Assembly: GCA_002269645.1 (NCBI GenBank)
Contig: NIVC01000127.1
Coordinates: 62,001-126,000, forward strand
Direction of reading: 5' to 3'
DNA: 64,000 nt
Origin: Macrostomum lignano
Lineage: Eukaryota
Position 1 is the first letter of the stretch. The number at the start of each line of letters is the position of its first letter. The notes beneath the pieces are model-generated. The model did not search any database, was not told where the DNA came from, and saw only the letters and a program-made list of their open reading frames with translations. The position numbers were made by a program, and so were the translations under genes. Of the stretch, positions 49,719 through 62,486 are shown piece after piece.

Positions 49719-50742
49719 ATTTGACTGCCCAATTTGACTACCCCAATTTGACTGCCCCAATTTGACTGCCAAGCAGTTTGAATGCCCAATTTGACTGCCC
49801 AATTTGACTACCCCAATTTGACTGCCCCAATTTGACTGCCCCAATTTGACTGCCAAGCAATTTAACTGCCAAGCAGTTTGAATGCCCAATTTGACTGCCC
49901 AATTTGACTACCCCAATTTGACTGCCCCAATTTGACTGCCCAATTTGACTGCCCAATTTGACTGCCCCAATTTGACTACCCCAATTTGACTGCCCCAATT
50001 TGACTGCCCCAATTTGACTACCCCAATTTGACTGCCCCAATTTGACTGCCAAGCAATTTAACTGCCAAGCAGTTTGAATGCCCAATTTGACTGCCCAAAT
50101 TGACTACCCCAATTTGACTGCCCAATTTGACTGCCCAATTTGACTGCCCCAATTTGACTACCCCAATTTGACTGCCCCAATTTGACTGCCCCAATTTGAC
50201 TACCCCAATTTGACTGCCCCAATTTGACTGCCAAGCAATTTAACTGCCAAGCAGTTTGAATGCCCAATTTGACTGCCCAATTTGACTACCCCAATTTGAC
50301 TGCCCAATTTGACTGCCCCAATTTGACTACCCCAATTTGACTGCCCAATTTGACTGCCCCAATTTGACTACCCCAATTTGACTGCCCCAATTTGACTGCC
50401 AAGCAATTTAACTGCCAAGCAGTTTGAATGCCCAATTTGACTGCCCAATTTGACTACCCCAATTTGACTGCCCCAATTTGACTGCCCCAATTTGACTGCC
50501 CCAATTTGACTGCCCCAATTTGACTGCCCCAATTTGACTGCCCCAATTTGACTGCCCCAATTTGACTGTCCCAATTTGACTACCCCAATTTGACTGCCCC
50601 AATTTGACTGCCCCAATTTGACTGCCCCAGTTTGACTGCCCCAATTTGACTGCCCCAATTTGACTGCCCCAATTTGACTGCCAAGCAGTTTGAATGCCCA
50701 ATTTGACTGTCAAGCAGTTTGACTGCCCCAATTTGACTGCAA
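49719..50742. repeat. 13/14-bp minisatellite (aatttgactgcccc)n, copy 2
   Basis: Same variant order as copy 1. Confidence 0.96.
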
Positions 50743-52017
50743 ACAATAACCCTAAGCTTAACGCTAACCTAAACCCTAACCATCACCTATAACCCTATCC
50801 TTAACACTATCCTTAATCCTGACCAAAACCCTACCATAAACCCACTGACGCAATGAATCATGCATATGTCAGCTCCACTCGAAATATTCGATAAAGATAA
50901 AGTAAATGTATAGCCACGATAAACTACTAGATTTTGTGTAAATTAAACTTTTTTGATTAAACGATTAATTTATAATTCAACAGAAAAGTGCAGATAAGAG
51001 GTTACACGTACACATGTACATATCGAAGCGCAATTTCTAATTCAACAGAAAAGTGCAGATAAGAGGTTACACGTACACATGTACATATCGAAGCGCAATT
51101 TCTAATTCAACAGAAAAGTGCAGATAAGAGGTTACACGCACACATGTACATATCGAAGCGCAATTTCTAATTCAACAGAAAAGTGCAGATAAGAGGTTAC
51201 ACGCACACATGTACATATCGAAGCGCGCACACGAGCGTATTTACCTGAAAAGTAGAATTATTCATTTAGCAGCCCTAGTCATTAAAAAATTAGCCATAAA
51301 CATTAGAACTGCATCAGTCTGGGTCTCGGAACCGACTTTATAAGCTGTATAAGCTACCAAAAAAACAAGTGCAATACATGTAACTTAAAAGATGCTTTCT
51401 AACGGATTAAGTAATAAGAATTTCTAAACAAATTACTAAGATTAAGAAACAAAATAAGCTTTCTGCAGCGCAGCACAGCTTTTTCTTCTCTACGAGCATT
51501 TAAATTCAAGGAGGCTCAATTGGAGGATTGATATTCATAAAGCTTTTCCTTTAGAAAATTAGGATTCTTTGTTAATTTTATATACGCTCGTACTCCGTAC
51601 ATGTCCTGAGCGTAAAAATCATAAAAATGTCACATGTACGTAGGCTATAAAATTACAAAAAATCTTAATTTTCTGAGCGAAAAGCTTTATGAATATCAAT
51701 AGAGCTATAAGACAGGCACGTACGTCATGTAATATCAAAAGATGAAAAATAGCTTCGTGTATCAAAAGCCATATAAAGCCTTTTGTGTTGAAAAAATGAA
51801 AACCTCCCATCTCGATCCGCAATTTAATTTTTTTGAAAAAAAAACTTGCCTACTAAAATTTTCCTAGAAACATAGTCCTAATTGAGTAGTCATTGTAACT
51901 TATATGTTCATACGATAGATAAAAATATCAATTGATTTTAGTCTCATCTGGCTCCTTATAGTTTAAACTTTTCCGCCCATCGCACATGCATTTCAATATC
52001 TGGCGCCTGCCCGTCGG

Positions 52018-53582
52018 TCAGGGCGCCAGCCGCTCGCAGGTCCATCCGGCGCCATCCGCCTGCCGACGGAACTGCAGCCGGTCGTGCAGACGGTCCCGCT
52101 GACCCTGCCAGAACTCAAAGCGGTCAGGCCGGAGCCGGTAGCCGCCCCACTGTTCCGGCCGGTCGATGCATTCGGCACCCTCGGCGGTGACACGCTCCGA
52201 CAGGCTGCGCCGCGCTGATTCCAGCTCTTGGCGCGAGGCAATGACGCTGCTCTGCGAGCTGATCGCGGCGCCGATTTGGCTGTCCAATGGGCGCGATTTG
52301 AAGTAGGCGTCGCTGCGCTGAGAGTCCACCTTGGCAACGTCACCCTCGATGGTAACCATGCGGTGCACCTCCGGCCAGTACATGCACACGGTGGCCCGCG
52401 GGTTGTCTGCCTGTGTGTTGAAGGGATGACATTTGATTTGCGTGGGAATTTGGCGTAACTCAGGCCAGCACCAGGGGCGCCAGCACCAGGGGCGCCAGCA
52501 CCAGGGGCGCCAGCACCAGGGGCGCCAGCACCAGGGGCGCCAGCACCAGGGGCGCCAGCACCAGGGGCGCCAGCACCAGGGGCGCCAGCACCAGGGGCGC
52601 CAGCACCAGGGGCGCCAGCACCAGGGGCGCCAGCACCAGGGGCGCCAGCACCAGGGGCGCCAGCACCAGGGGCGCCAGCACCAGGGGCGCCAGCACCAGG
52701 GGCGCCAGCACCAGGGGCGCCAGCACCAGGGGCGCCAGCACCAGGGGCGCCAGCACCAGGGGCGCCAGCACCAGGGGCGCCAGCACCAGGGGCGCCAGCA
52801 CCAGGGGCGCCAGCACCAGGGGCGCCAGCACCAGGGGCGCCACTGACTTTAAACTACTGGCTAGTTTTTCGTGTACTATTCTTCAATAATTACTTCATTA
52901 CTTTATGGTGCTATTTATTCTGACGTAATACAAGTAAGGGTAATTTTCTGTACTACATGATATTCATATACTTTTTGCACTTACCAGCTCCTTGCCTTTC
53001 CTACTATTGTAGTTGGTATAAAAATAAAATCCAGTTTCGTCGTGTCCTTTTAAAAGCAGATAGCGCAGCGATGGCTTTCCGTCTCTAGAGAAAAGAAAAA
53101 TGTCAGCCAAAGTCAGAGGTATGTGCATGTAGGTTTAGCCTTTTAGATGTTAGATGTTAGAAAAAGTCTAATTTTAAAACATACCTAGTGGCTGTAGCTA
53201 ATGCCATTTGATTTGGCTCGTTTGGGCTGCCCATTTCGCTAATAACTTGCGAAGCCTGATCAAACCAAGCCTTCCACAGTTCAAACGGACTCTGCAACTC
53301 CAGTTTGGAGGAATCCAAAACTTGGTGCTTTTCTAGGTACGGTCGCCTCATCTCTGTTTGAAATGGTGCAGTTATTTTATTAGTGATTGGAGCCTAATTC
53401 TAAATATTACCGCGTAAAATACGCCAAAAATGAAATGGCTCAAGTTGCATGCCTTTTCAATCAATAAAAAAAGAAAAAACTGATTCTTTATCTGTTTCGA
53501 AGTCAGATTGTAATAATTACTTAAATCAACTCTTACTTTCTAGAGCCGCTCGATCCGATCCCGAATTACCGCCGTAGTCCAT
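52018..53582 (-). CDS. PNPO: Pyridoxine/pyridoxamine 5'-phosphate oxidase
   Basis: Exons 53582-53570 (MDYG), 53353-53185 ([26 protein letters not shown]), 53084-52985 ([30 protein letters not shown]) and 52410-52018 ([45 protein letters not shown]). All junctions are GT-AG and phase-consistent. Confidence 0.96.
52465..52842. repeat. Perfect 15-bp minisatellite (ccagcaccaggggcg), 25 copies, in the last PNPO intron
   Basis: Direct periodicity. Confidence 0.98.
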
Positions 53583-54084
53583 AGCTACAGATTTTTATGT
53601 TAACGAGGTACCACAAAGAGTTGCTCTGATAATTTAATCATTTGAATAAAGAGGGTTCGGTGCATTAATAAATTTCCACGGTAATAGAAATTTTCGGCGT
53701 GAGTATTTAATTTTACAAGTTACATGTATGAGCAAGAGTGTTTACCTCCAAAAATAATTAAAATATAGTTAAATGTAAATATAAATCGTATTCTAAAGTA
53801 AAATCATCTGTACACTTCGTTTAAATGTTATGTAGCACGCCACGTCTTGAGCCGAAAATTTAAATCTTACATTTTATACGAATTCAATTTTGTACAAAGT
53901 TCTGCGACATATGTATGTTGTGAATAGTGGTAATTTCCGACTGGATGCTAATTGCTTACCTTAACTTTTTTAATTCCAACGCTTGAAAAATTGCTGGTAT
54001 TCTGTGCGCACGTAGCTTTAATTCTATCATTTCGATAACTTGTGATAGCGTTCGCCGTTCGTCGAAAATTAAGGCTGCTTGGAA
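53583..54084. promoter_or_regulatory. Probable bidirectional promoter between PNPO (-) and the PDI-like gene (+)
   Basis: Divergent start codons about 500 bp apart in an AT-rich, repeat-free interval. No TSS data. Confidence 0.6.
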
Positions 54085-57000
54085 ATGTTTTGTCGGAAAA
54101 GCATTCTTATAATTTTATTTATCTCGTTTTCGCTAAGTAAGTATGCTGAGTATTTTGTGGTTTTGAAAGTACAATTGTATTCAAATTTCACGATTATCTA
54201 TTGTGAGAAAATTTGTGAAGAAATTAATAATAAATGACAAACATGAAACAACATCATTTAGGTAATTGTAATACATAAATCTTAACTGTTGTTGATAATT
54301 TAAAACTTTTCAGTTTGGACATCTGAAGTTAAAGATCACTTATTACTATTGGATGAGGCAAAATTCGAAAGCGCTCTACAGAATAAAGATGTCATGCTTG
54401 TTTTATTTCAGTCTAACCAGTGAGTTCCAGTTTGTGATGTATGAGTATTTAGCCATACTATATCCTATAATTTTCTTTCTAGTTTGGGAACAAAAATAAA
54501 ACTGCTAGCTACAGTAATCTAGATGAGAAAAAATTCAAATGATTCCTTTCTATAGCCTTTTTAACAGCCTCTTCATGAAAAAATACAATGCATAAATCTT
54601 AAAAACTCTTGGAAGTGAGGTTTACATAAAAAATCTGCCTTATATTCTGAATTTTATGCGTCTATATTACTCCTTTCTAATGCACATTTGGAGAAAAATA
54701 AAATAAAAAACTGCCTGACAGGGATTTGGCCATGGTACTTCTACCATTAACTGAAATCAATGTTACAACAAAAATACTCTTTGTTTAATTAAAATTTTTA
54801 ACAAATTTGCTGTTGCAATGTGAAATTGAGTTTTAATCTCTCTCTCTCTCTTTCTTTCTGCATAATTGAATTATTAGTTCATTTCAACATGATACTGAGC
54901 AGGATAAGCATTTCAATACCCTCCAATCGCAGGTGCCAAAGCTGCTCCGAGCTGCAGGCAAAGATGTCCGCCGCGGCTGCCTTGCTGTTTGGCTCCGCCG
55001 GCTCAGAGGCTCCGCCGCCTCGAGCGGGACTGGCCCGAGTCAACTCCACCGCCTCGCCTTCGTTGGCGGCTCAATACGGCATTGACCCCAACTTGGCCAC
55101 CCCGCTGCTGAAGCTGTTCAAGCCTGCGAGCTCTTCCGCGGCGGCCTCGGACTACACTGGCCCAACTGACACCGCCGAGGCCATCGCTGAGCACATTCGT
55201 CTACAAGCTGAGGCAGACAGTGGGCCGCAGCGCCTCACGGAGGCCAACCTGACGGATGCGCTGTCGCGCCAAGCCAACTGGCTGGTGGCCTTTGTTGATG
55301 CCGCCTCGTCATCCAGGCTTGACTTCGCTCTGGAAGGCTTGAAGTCTGCGGCTGACCAGCTGCGACGCGGCAAGCACCCGGTGGCATTCGGCTACGCTGA
55401 CGCTCGCGGCAACGAGGAGGCGCTGGCCAAGCGGCTGGGGCTGAGCACCGACTCGCTGCCCGTGTTCGCCCTGCTGCAGCGTGACGAGGTGCGCGTGACA
55501 ATTATTTTACTCTGCTTCAAAATGATTTATGGCTGATTGTGTATCTGTTAGTGTCTGGTGCTGTATAGCAACCGCATAGCAACCGCATATTTACTGCATA
55601 ATAATGGCTTGGCACTCACATAGCAACCGCACAGCAAAGGCTTGGCAACCGCATAGCAACCGCACAGCAAAGCCTTGGCAACCGCATAGCAACCGCACAG
55701 CAAAGCCTTGGCAACCGCATAGCAACCGCACAGCAAAGCCTTGGCAACCGCAAAGCAACCGCACAACAAAGCCTTGGCAACCGCATAGCAACCGCACAGC
55801 AAAGCCTTGGCAACCGCACAGCAAAGCCTTGGCAACCGCACAGCAAAGCCTTTGCAACCGCAAAGCAACCGCACAACAAAGCCTTGGCAACCGCATAGCA
55901 ACCGCACAGCAAAGCCTTGGCAACCGCACAGCAAAGCCTTTGCAACCGCAAAGCAACCGCACAACAAAGCCTTGGCAACCGCATAGCAACCGCACAGCAA
56001 AGCCTTGGCAACCGCACAGCAAAGCCTTGGCAACCGCACAGCAAAGCCTTGGCAACCGCACAGCAAAGCCTTGGCAACCGCACAGCAAAGCCTTTGCAAC
56101 CGCAAAGCAACCGCACAACAAAGCCTTGGCAACCGCATAGCAACCGCACAGCAAAGCCTTGGCAACCGCACAGCAAAGCCTTGGCAACCGCACAGCAAAG
56201 CCTTGGCAACCGCACAGCAAAGCCTTGGCAACCGCACAGCAAAGCCTTGGCAACCGCACAGCAAAGTCTTGGCCACCGCACAGCAAAGCCTTGGCAACCG
56301 CATAGCAACCGCACAGCAAAGCCTTGGCAACCGCATAGCAACCGCACAGCAAAGCCTTGGCAACCGCATAGCAACCGCACAGCAAAGCCTTGGCAACCGC
56401 ATAGCAACCGCACAGCAAAGCCTTGGCAACCGCATAGCAACCGCACAGCAAAGCCTTGGCAACCGCATAGCACCTTGTTTACTCCTAGCTCCCATGTCTC
56501 CCAAATTGTCCTCTGTCCATACTTTTCTATGACCCACCCCGCAGCCAAGCTGGGCCATTCCGTTCTCGCACGAGTTGAACGGCGCTAACCTGGCCAAATT
56601 TGTCCGGGCCCACGTGGTCGAGTCTATCGCTCAGCTACGCGCCGAAGCGGCCCGAATTCACGACAGCCCGGAGCCGCTCGACGCCCTCAACGGCGGCGTT
56701 GATGCGCACCTGGTGGCCAGCGAGGCCGCCGCCGCCCCCGTCCGGCGCTTTCTGGCCGCCTTCCTGGCCGAGTCCGGATTCTTTTTTGATCGTAGACTGG
56801 ACGGAGGCCTGCTGGCGGCGCCGGCGGCGAAGAAACTTGGCATGACGCTGGATGCCATCTACGTGAGACTGTCGCCTCACCTGCTCACCAGCGGCGAGTC
56901 TGGCATGGCCCGGTGCGCTTCACTACTGTTTGCTCAGTTCAGATTCAAACTTGCAACCGCATAGCAACAGAGTAGCAACTGCATAGCAACAGAGTAGCAA

Positions 57001-58857
57001 CTGCATAGCAACAGAGTAGCAACCGCATAGCAACAGAGTAGCAACCACATAGCAAAAAAGTAGCAACCGCATAGCAACAGAGTAGCAACCGCATAGCAAC
57101 AGAGTAAGTAGCAACCGCATAGCAATAAATAGCAACGGCATAGCAACAGAGTAGCAACCGCATAGCAAAAAAGTAGCAACCGCATAGCAACAGAGTAGCA
57201 ACCGCATAGCAACAGAGTAGCAACCGCATAGCAACAGAGTAGCAACGGCATAGCAACAGAGTAGAAACCGCATAGCAAAAAAGTAGCAACGGCATAGCAA
57301 CAGAGTAGCAACCGCATAGCAACAGAGTAGCAACCGCATAGCAACAGAGTAGCAACCGCATAGCAACAGAGTAGCAACCGCATAGCAACAGAGTAGCAAC
57401 CGCATAGCAACAGAGTAGCAACCGCATAGCAACAGAATAGCAACCGCATAGCAACCCGCTATAAATGCGTTTTTCCTCGTCCTTGTTATCCTCGTACTTA
57501 TCATTGCAACTCCGTCAATTCGCATCCACAGCTACCCTGGCCCGCTGCATTCGAGCCCGTCCCTCAAGACTTTCTTTGATCGGCGCAGCCTGCCTCGCCT
57601 CGGCCTGTTGGCCTGGCACACCAGGCGGGCCTACATGAGCGCGCCTGGCCGGTCGGTGTGCCTGTTCTACACAAGCCTGCCTGGCAACTGGTTGGGCGAG
57701 TCGGGCAAGCTGGCCAAGAGGACTCACGCCAAACTGGCCGCCATGATCGAGGGTCGGCAGCAGCTGGCGCTGTTCGCTCTGGCGGGTGAAGAGCAGGTGA
57801 GCCGCTTTCCTGTCTGACCGACTTTTTAATAACAGCAAACTCACTTCAATGTGTACTTTTGGTAGTTTTCCATCACCCACCCCTGATTCTCTCGGTAGTT
57901 TTCCATCACCCACCCCTGATTCTCTCGGTAGTTTTCCATCAGCCACCCCTGATTCTCGGTAGTTTTCCATCACCCACCCCTGATTCTCTCGGTAGTTTTC
58001 CATCACCCACCCCTGATTCTCTCGGTAGTTTTCCATCACCCACCCCTGATTCTCTCGGTAGTTTTCCATCACCCACCCCTGATTCTCTCGGTAGTTTCCC
58101 GGCACCACCACCGACTCTCTCGGTAATTTTCTATCACCCACCCCTGATTGCTTAGACAGTTCTCAATCACATCACCCTCTCAATAAGCCCAATCCCGCCA
58201 ACCCCATTCTGAACTCTGCACATCACCCAGCAATCAACCGAGGTGGCCAACTTCGGCTTCGACGAGAGCTCCTCGGAGGTGAACCTGGGCTGCTACGACG
58301 CCGCCAGACGCCGGTTCGCCATGCCCGAGTCGGACGGTCCCGACCCAGCCGCGGTGCACAAATTCCTAGACTCGTTCGCGGCCGGCACTGCGCCACAGCG
58401 GCTTCGCTCAGCCTCGGTGCCTCTCGCCGACAATGTCGAGGTTGCCACCGCCAACGCGGAGAGGTTAGCGCAGCTGCTGAAGGACGCGGCTCGGGTGCTG
58501 CTCATCCAGTGCGACTTCTCCACCCAGCCGTGCGGCCAATCAATCAAAGAGTTCGCCGCCGCCGCCTCGGAGTTCCTTAGCAACCGCAACAATAAAAACA
58601 TTCGCTTCGTCCGAGTGGACACCAAGTTCAATGATCTGCCAGGCGAGCTGTACTACAGATTCGAGGGCGAATCCGCTATAGAACTGACCTCCGAACAGCC
58701 GCAGGTGATGCTGCTGCTGCCATCAGCGGGTCTGCAGTCTTCTGGCCAAGCAAAGGTGATTCGTTACGAACGGGACGCAGTTGCCAAGGCCTACCTGCTG
58801 CAGTTCCTGACCGATAACAGCGAATTTGCGGATCGAGCAGCTCATCAGGAACTGTAG
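54085..58857 (+). CDS. Divergent ER protein disulfide isomerase-family protein (a-b-b'-a' thioredoxin folds, C-terminal HQEL)
   Basis: Exons 54085-54136 (signal peptide MFCRKSILIILFISFSL), 54314-54419, 54933-55488 (..VMLVLFQSNQ-CQSC-SEL..), 56545-56912, 57532-57796 and 58231-58857 (FLDSFAAG..LRSASVP, QP-CGQS, FVRVDTKFNDLP, ..AAHQEL*). All phases chain. Confidence 0.85.
55565..56472. repeat. Compound 11/22/33-bp minisatellite (gcaaccgcatagcaaccgcacagcaaagccttg)n in PDI-like intron 3
   Basis: Direct periodicity. Confidence 0.96.
56953..57455. repeat. 22-bp minisatellite (gcaaccgcatagcaacagagta)n in PDI-like intron 4
   Basis: Direct periodicity. Confidence 0.96.
57860..58150. repeat. 33-bp minisatellite (ggtagttttccatcacccacccctgattctctc)n in PDI-like intron 5
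   Basis: Direct periodicity, about 9 copies. Confidence 0.94.
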
Positions 58858-58974
58858 ATTCGATAGCATTACGAATTTGATGGCATTACATTGCCACCGG
58901 TAAGGGGAACATGCCCAAGGGTCATGGGGGTCACGAGGTCTTTAAAAGCAAAAAATCTAGTCTGGGGCGCTGAA

Positions 58975-59135
58975 TTGGCGCTAAAATCTAGTCTAGCGCT
59001 GAAATCTAGCCTTTGGCGCTAAAATCTAGCCTTTGGCGCTGAAATCTAGCCTTTGGCGCTAAAATCTAGTCTTTGGCGCTAAAATCTAGCCTTTGGCGCT
59101 AAAATATAGCCTTTGGCGCTGAATAGGCGCTAAAA
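58975..59135. repeat. 20-bp repeat (aaaatctagcctttggcgct), about 7 copies
   Basis: Direct periodicity. Confidence 0.9.
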
Positions 59136-59894
59136 TATATCGTCCAGCGACTGGCAACTGAGAATTTTGCACCCTCACCCTCTTGCACCCTCATTTATTT
59201 AATTGTCCCTTAATGCTTCCTGTCTGTGGGTTTCTGTTTTAATCAGGTAATAAGGTTATTTGCCTCCTATTGATGTTGCATTACGAGATTAAGGTACACA
59301 TTTCTACGAGCGCATTAATTGTTTTTATTTCGCCTTCCGCAGTTGACTTTTAACAAAATTTTTAATTACACGGAGAGTTAAGACTTTTATTGCTTTTTTT
59401 ATTCGTTTGATTCTTACAATCTGAACATTTTTTACTAACAAATGTTTTTTGCCGTCTACTCTAAGTAGGCCAGACCGTTTGTTTCTCAATTAACTTTAAA
59501 ACACTCCAATTGGTTGTCATTTATCTTTTATCGACTTTAGCCCGATGTACTCGTAGCTTTTAGATTTTTAGTGGTAATTTTATTTATATATTGCCTTCAG
59601 TTATTTGTATTTTGGTTAAACTGAATCTTATTCATTGCGTCACAGGATCTTGCCTCCTCCATTATGTGTCCGGAGCTGCCAAGTATTGATTTTTCATTCT
59701 TACGGACTTAAGCAGATCTTATCATTGGTCAAATATACACTTTGCCTGTGGTTTTGCCTAACATTTTGTTTTTAGTTATTGTTTGTTAATATAGCTGATT
59801 CGCTGTATCGGAACTGGTATTTTTAACAAAGTTTCTGTATTTTACGCGCTTTATATGACTTTTAAGTTTCCTGTCACGACATTTAGGAGAGCGA

Positions 59895-60420
59895 CAGCGA
59901 GAGGGGCGCCAGCTACAGAGGGGGCACAGCTACAGAGAGGGCACAGCTACAGAGGGGGCACAGCTACAGAGGGGCGCCAGCTACAGAGAGGGCGTCAGCT
60001 GCAGAGAGGGCGTCAGCTACAGAGAGGGCGTCAGCTACAGAGAGGGCACCAGCTACAGAGAGGGCACCAGCTACAGAGAGAGCGTCAGCTACAGAGGGGC
60101 GCCAGCTACAGAGAGGGCGCCAGCTACAGAGGGGGCACAGCTACAGAGAGGGCGTCAGCTACAGAGGGGCGCCAGCTACAGAGAGGGCGTCAGCTACAGA
60201 GAGGGCGTCAGCTACAGAGAGGGCGTCAGCTACAGAGAGGGCGCCAGCTACAGAGAGGGCGCCAGCTACAGAGAGAGCGTCAGCTACAGAGGGGCGCCAG
60301 CTACAGAGAGGGCGCCAGCTACAGAGAGAGCGTCAGCTACAGAGGGGCCCCAGCTACAGAGAGGGCGTCAGCTACAGAGAGGGCGCCAGCTACAGAGAGG
60401 GCGCCAGCTACAGAGGGGGC
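59895..60420. repeat. About 18-bp minisatellite (gccagctacagagagggc)n
   Basis: Direct periodicity. Confidence 0.94.
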
Positions 60421-60434
60421 CTTTTACAGAAATC

Positions 60435-61888
60435 CAGACCAGAAGCTACAGAAGACAGACCAGAAGCTACAGAAGACAGACCAGAAGCTACAGAAGACAG
60501 ACCAGAAGCTACAGAAAACATGGAGCAGAAGCTACAGAAGACAGACCAGAAGCTACAGAAGTCCAGACCAGAAGCTACAGAAGACAGACCAGAAACTACA
60601 GAAGACATGGAGCAGAAGCTACAGAAGACAGACCAGAAGCTACAGAAGACAGACCAGAAGCTACAGAAGTCCAGACCAGAAGCTACAGAAGACAGACCAG
60701 AAGCTACAGAAGACATGGAGCAGAAGCTACAGAAGACAGACCAGAAGCTACAGAAGACAGACCAGAAGCTACAGAAGTCCAGACCAGAAGCTACAGAAGT
60801 CCAGACCAGAAGCTACAGAAGACAGACCAGAAGCTACAGAAGACAGACCAGAAGCTACAGAAAACATGGAGCAGAAGCTACAGAAGACAGACCAGAAGCT
60901 ACAGAAAACATGGAGCAGAAGCTACAGAAGACAGACCAGAAGCTACAGAAGACAGACCAGAAGCTACAGAAGACAGACCAGAAGCTACAGAAGACAGACC
61001 AGAAGCTACAGAAGACAGACCAGAAGCTACAGAAAACATGGAGCAGAAGCTACAGAAGACAGACCAGAAGCTACAGAAGACATGGAGCAGAAGCTACAGA
61101 AGACAGACCAGAAGCTACAGAAGACATGGAGCAGAAGCTACAGAAGACAGACCAGAAGCTACAGAAGACAGACCAGAAGCTACAGAAGACAGACCAGAAG
61201 CTACAGAAGACAGACCAGAAGCTACAGAAGACAGACCAGAAGCTACAGAAGACAGACCAGAAGCTACAGAAGACAGACCAGAAGCTACAGAAGACAGACC
61301 AGAAGCTACAGAAGACATGGAGCAGAAGCTACAGAAGACAGACCAGAAGCTACAGAAGACAGACCAGAAGCTACAGAAGACAGACCAGAAGCTACAGAAA
61401 ACATGGAGCAGAAGCTACAGAAGACAGACCAGAAGCTACAGAAGACAGACCAGAAGCTACAGAAGACATGGAGCAGAAGCTACAGAAGACATGGAGCAGA
61501 AGCTACAGAAGACATGGAGCAGAAGCTACAGAAGACAGACCAGAAGCTACAGAAGACAGACCAGAAGCTACAGAAGACAGACCAGAAGCTACAGAAGACA
61601 GACCAGAAGCTACAGAAGACAGACCAGAAGCTACAGAAGACAGACCAGAAGCTACAGAAGACAGACCAGAAGCTACAGAAGACATGGAGCAGAAGCTACA
61701 GAAGACAGACCAGAAGCTACAGAAGACAGACCAGAAGCTACAGAAGACAGACCAGAAGCTACAGAAAACATGGAGCAGAAGCTACAGAAGACAGACCAGA
61801 AGCTACAGAAAACATGGAGCAGAAGCTACAGAAGACAGACCAGAAGCTACAGAAGACATGGAGCAGAAGCTACAGAAGACAGACCAGA
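60435..61888. repeat. 21-bp minisatellite (cagaagctacagaagacagac)n with an atggag variant, about 69 copies
   Basis: Direct periodicity. Source of the QKLQKTD/RPEATED ORFs. Confidence 0.97.
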
Positions 61889-62486
61889 AAAAATTTGGAT
61901 TTGCACCGACTGTTGGGGCCTAACATTTCAACCTGAGCCTGCTGAGCCTGCAAAATCCTTCAATAAGATTAAAAAAGTGATTATACAGTAGATAATCACC
62001 ACTAATCAGAGTTACACAGTAAAGCTGCACAGTACTAGGCAAAACTGAATCTGTACTTTGAAAACTTGTTATTAACTGTATTTTTAAATCATCACCAGTA
62101 GTAAAAAAACAATTTTCGTCTCGAGTGCTCATGTATACAGAAAAGCGTGCCCATATAAGACAGGTCAAAATTTGCAAATCAGCTTAATATCCTACTCAGT
62201 ACTCAGTAGTGCGCATAAGCGAAGGCAATACAAATAATGTGCGTACATGTACATATTAATGTACAGCTCAGAAACCTGTTATGATATAACAAAGTCAAAA
62301 TGTATTCAAATGATTAGTGATTATTGAATAAGAAAGCGATTTGCAATCACAGGTTTCTTTACCTTTACAAATTGGGAAGAACAAATTATTATTATTTTAA
62401 AGTCTATAAACTGATATCAGTAATAAATAATGGATATACTTATAGTTATTATAGTGATTTATTGAGAGCTTATACGTCGTATCAAG

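Larger units (their letters stand above)
47935..51506. repeat. Direct tandem segmental duplication, unit 1785 bp (about 47935-49720 and 49720-51506)
   Basis: Identical ORF translations are offset by exactly 1785 (47953/49738, 48273/50058, 48583/50368, 48623/50408). The unique parts also match. Confidence 0.95.

Noticed and set aside
52433-52846. QHQGR / APLVL repeat ORFs
   Set aside because: A perfect 15-bp array inside a well-defined PNPO intron.
55548-57525. Cys-rich - strand ORFs (metallothionein or keratin-associated-like appearance)
   Set aside because: Antisense translations of intronic arrays in the PDI-like gene.
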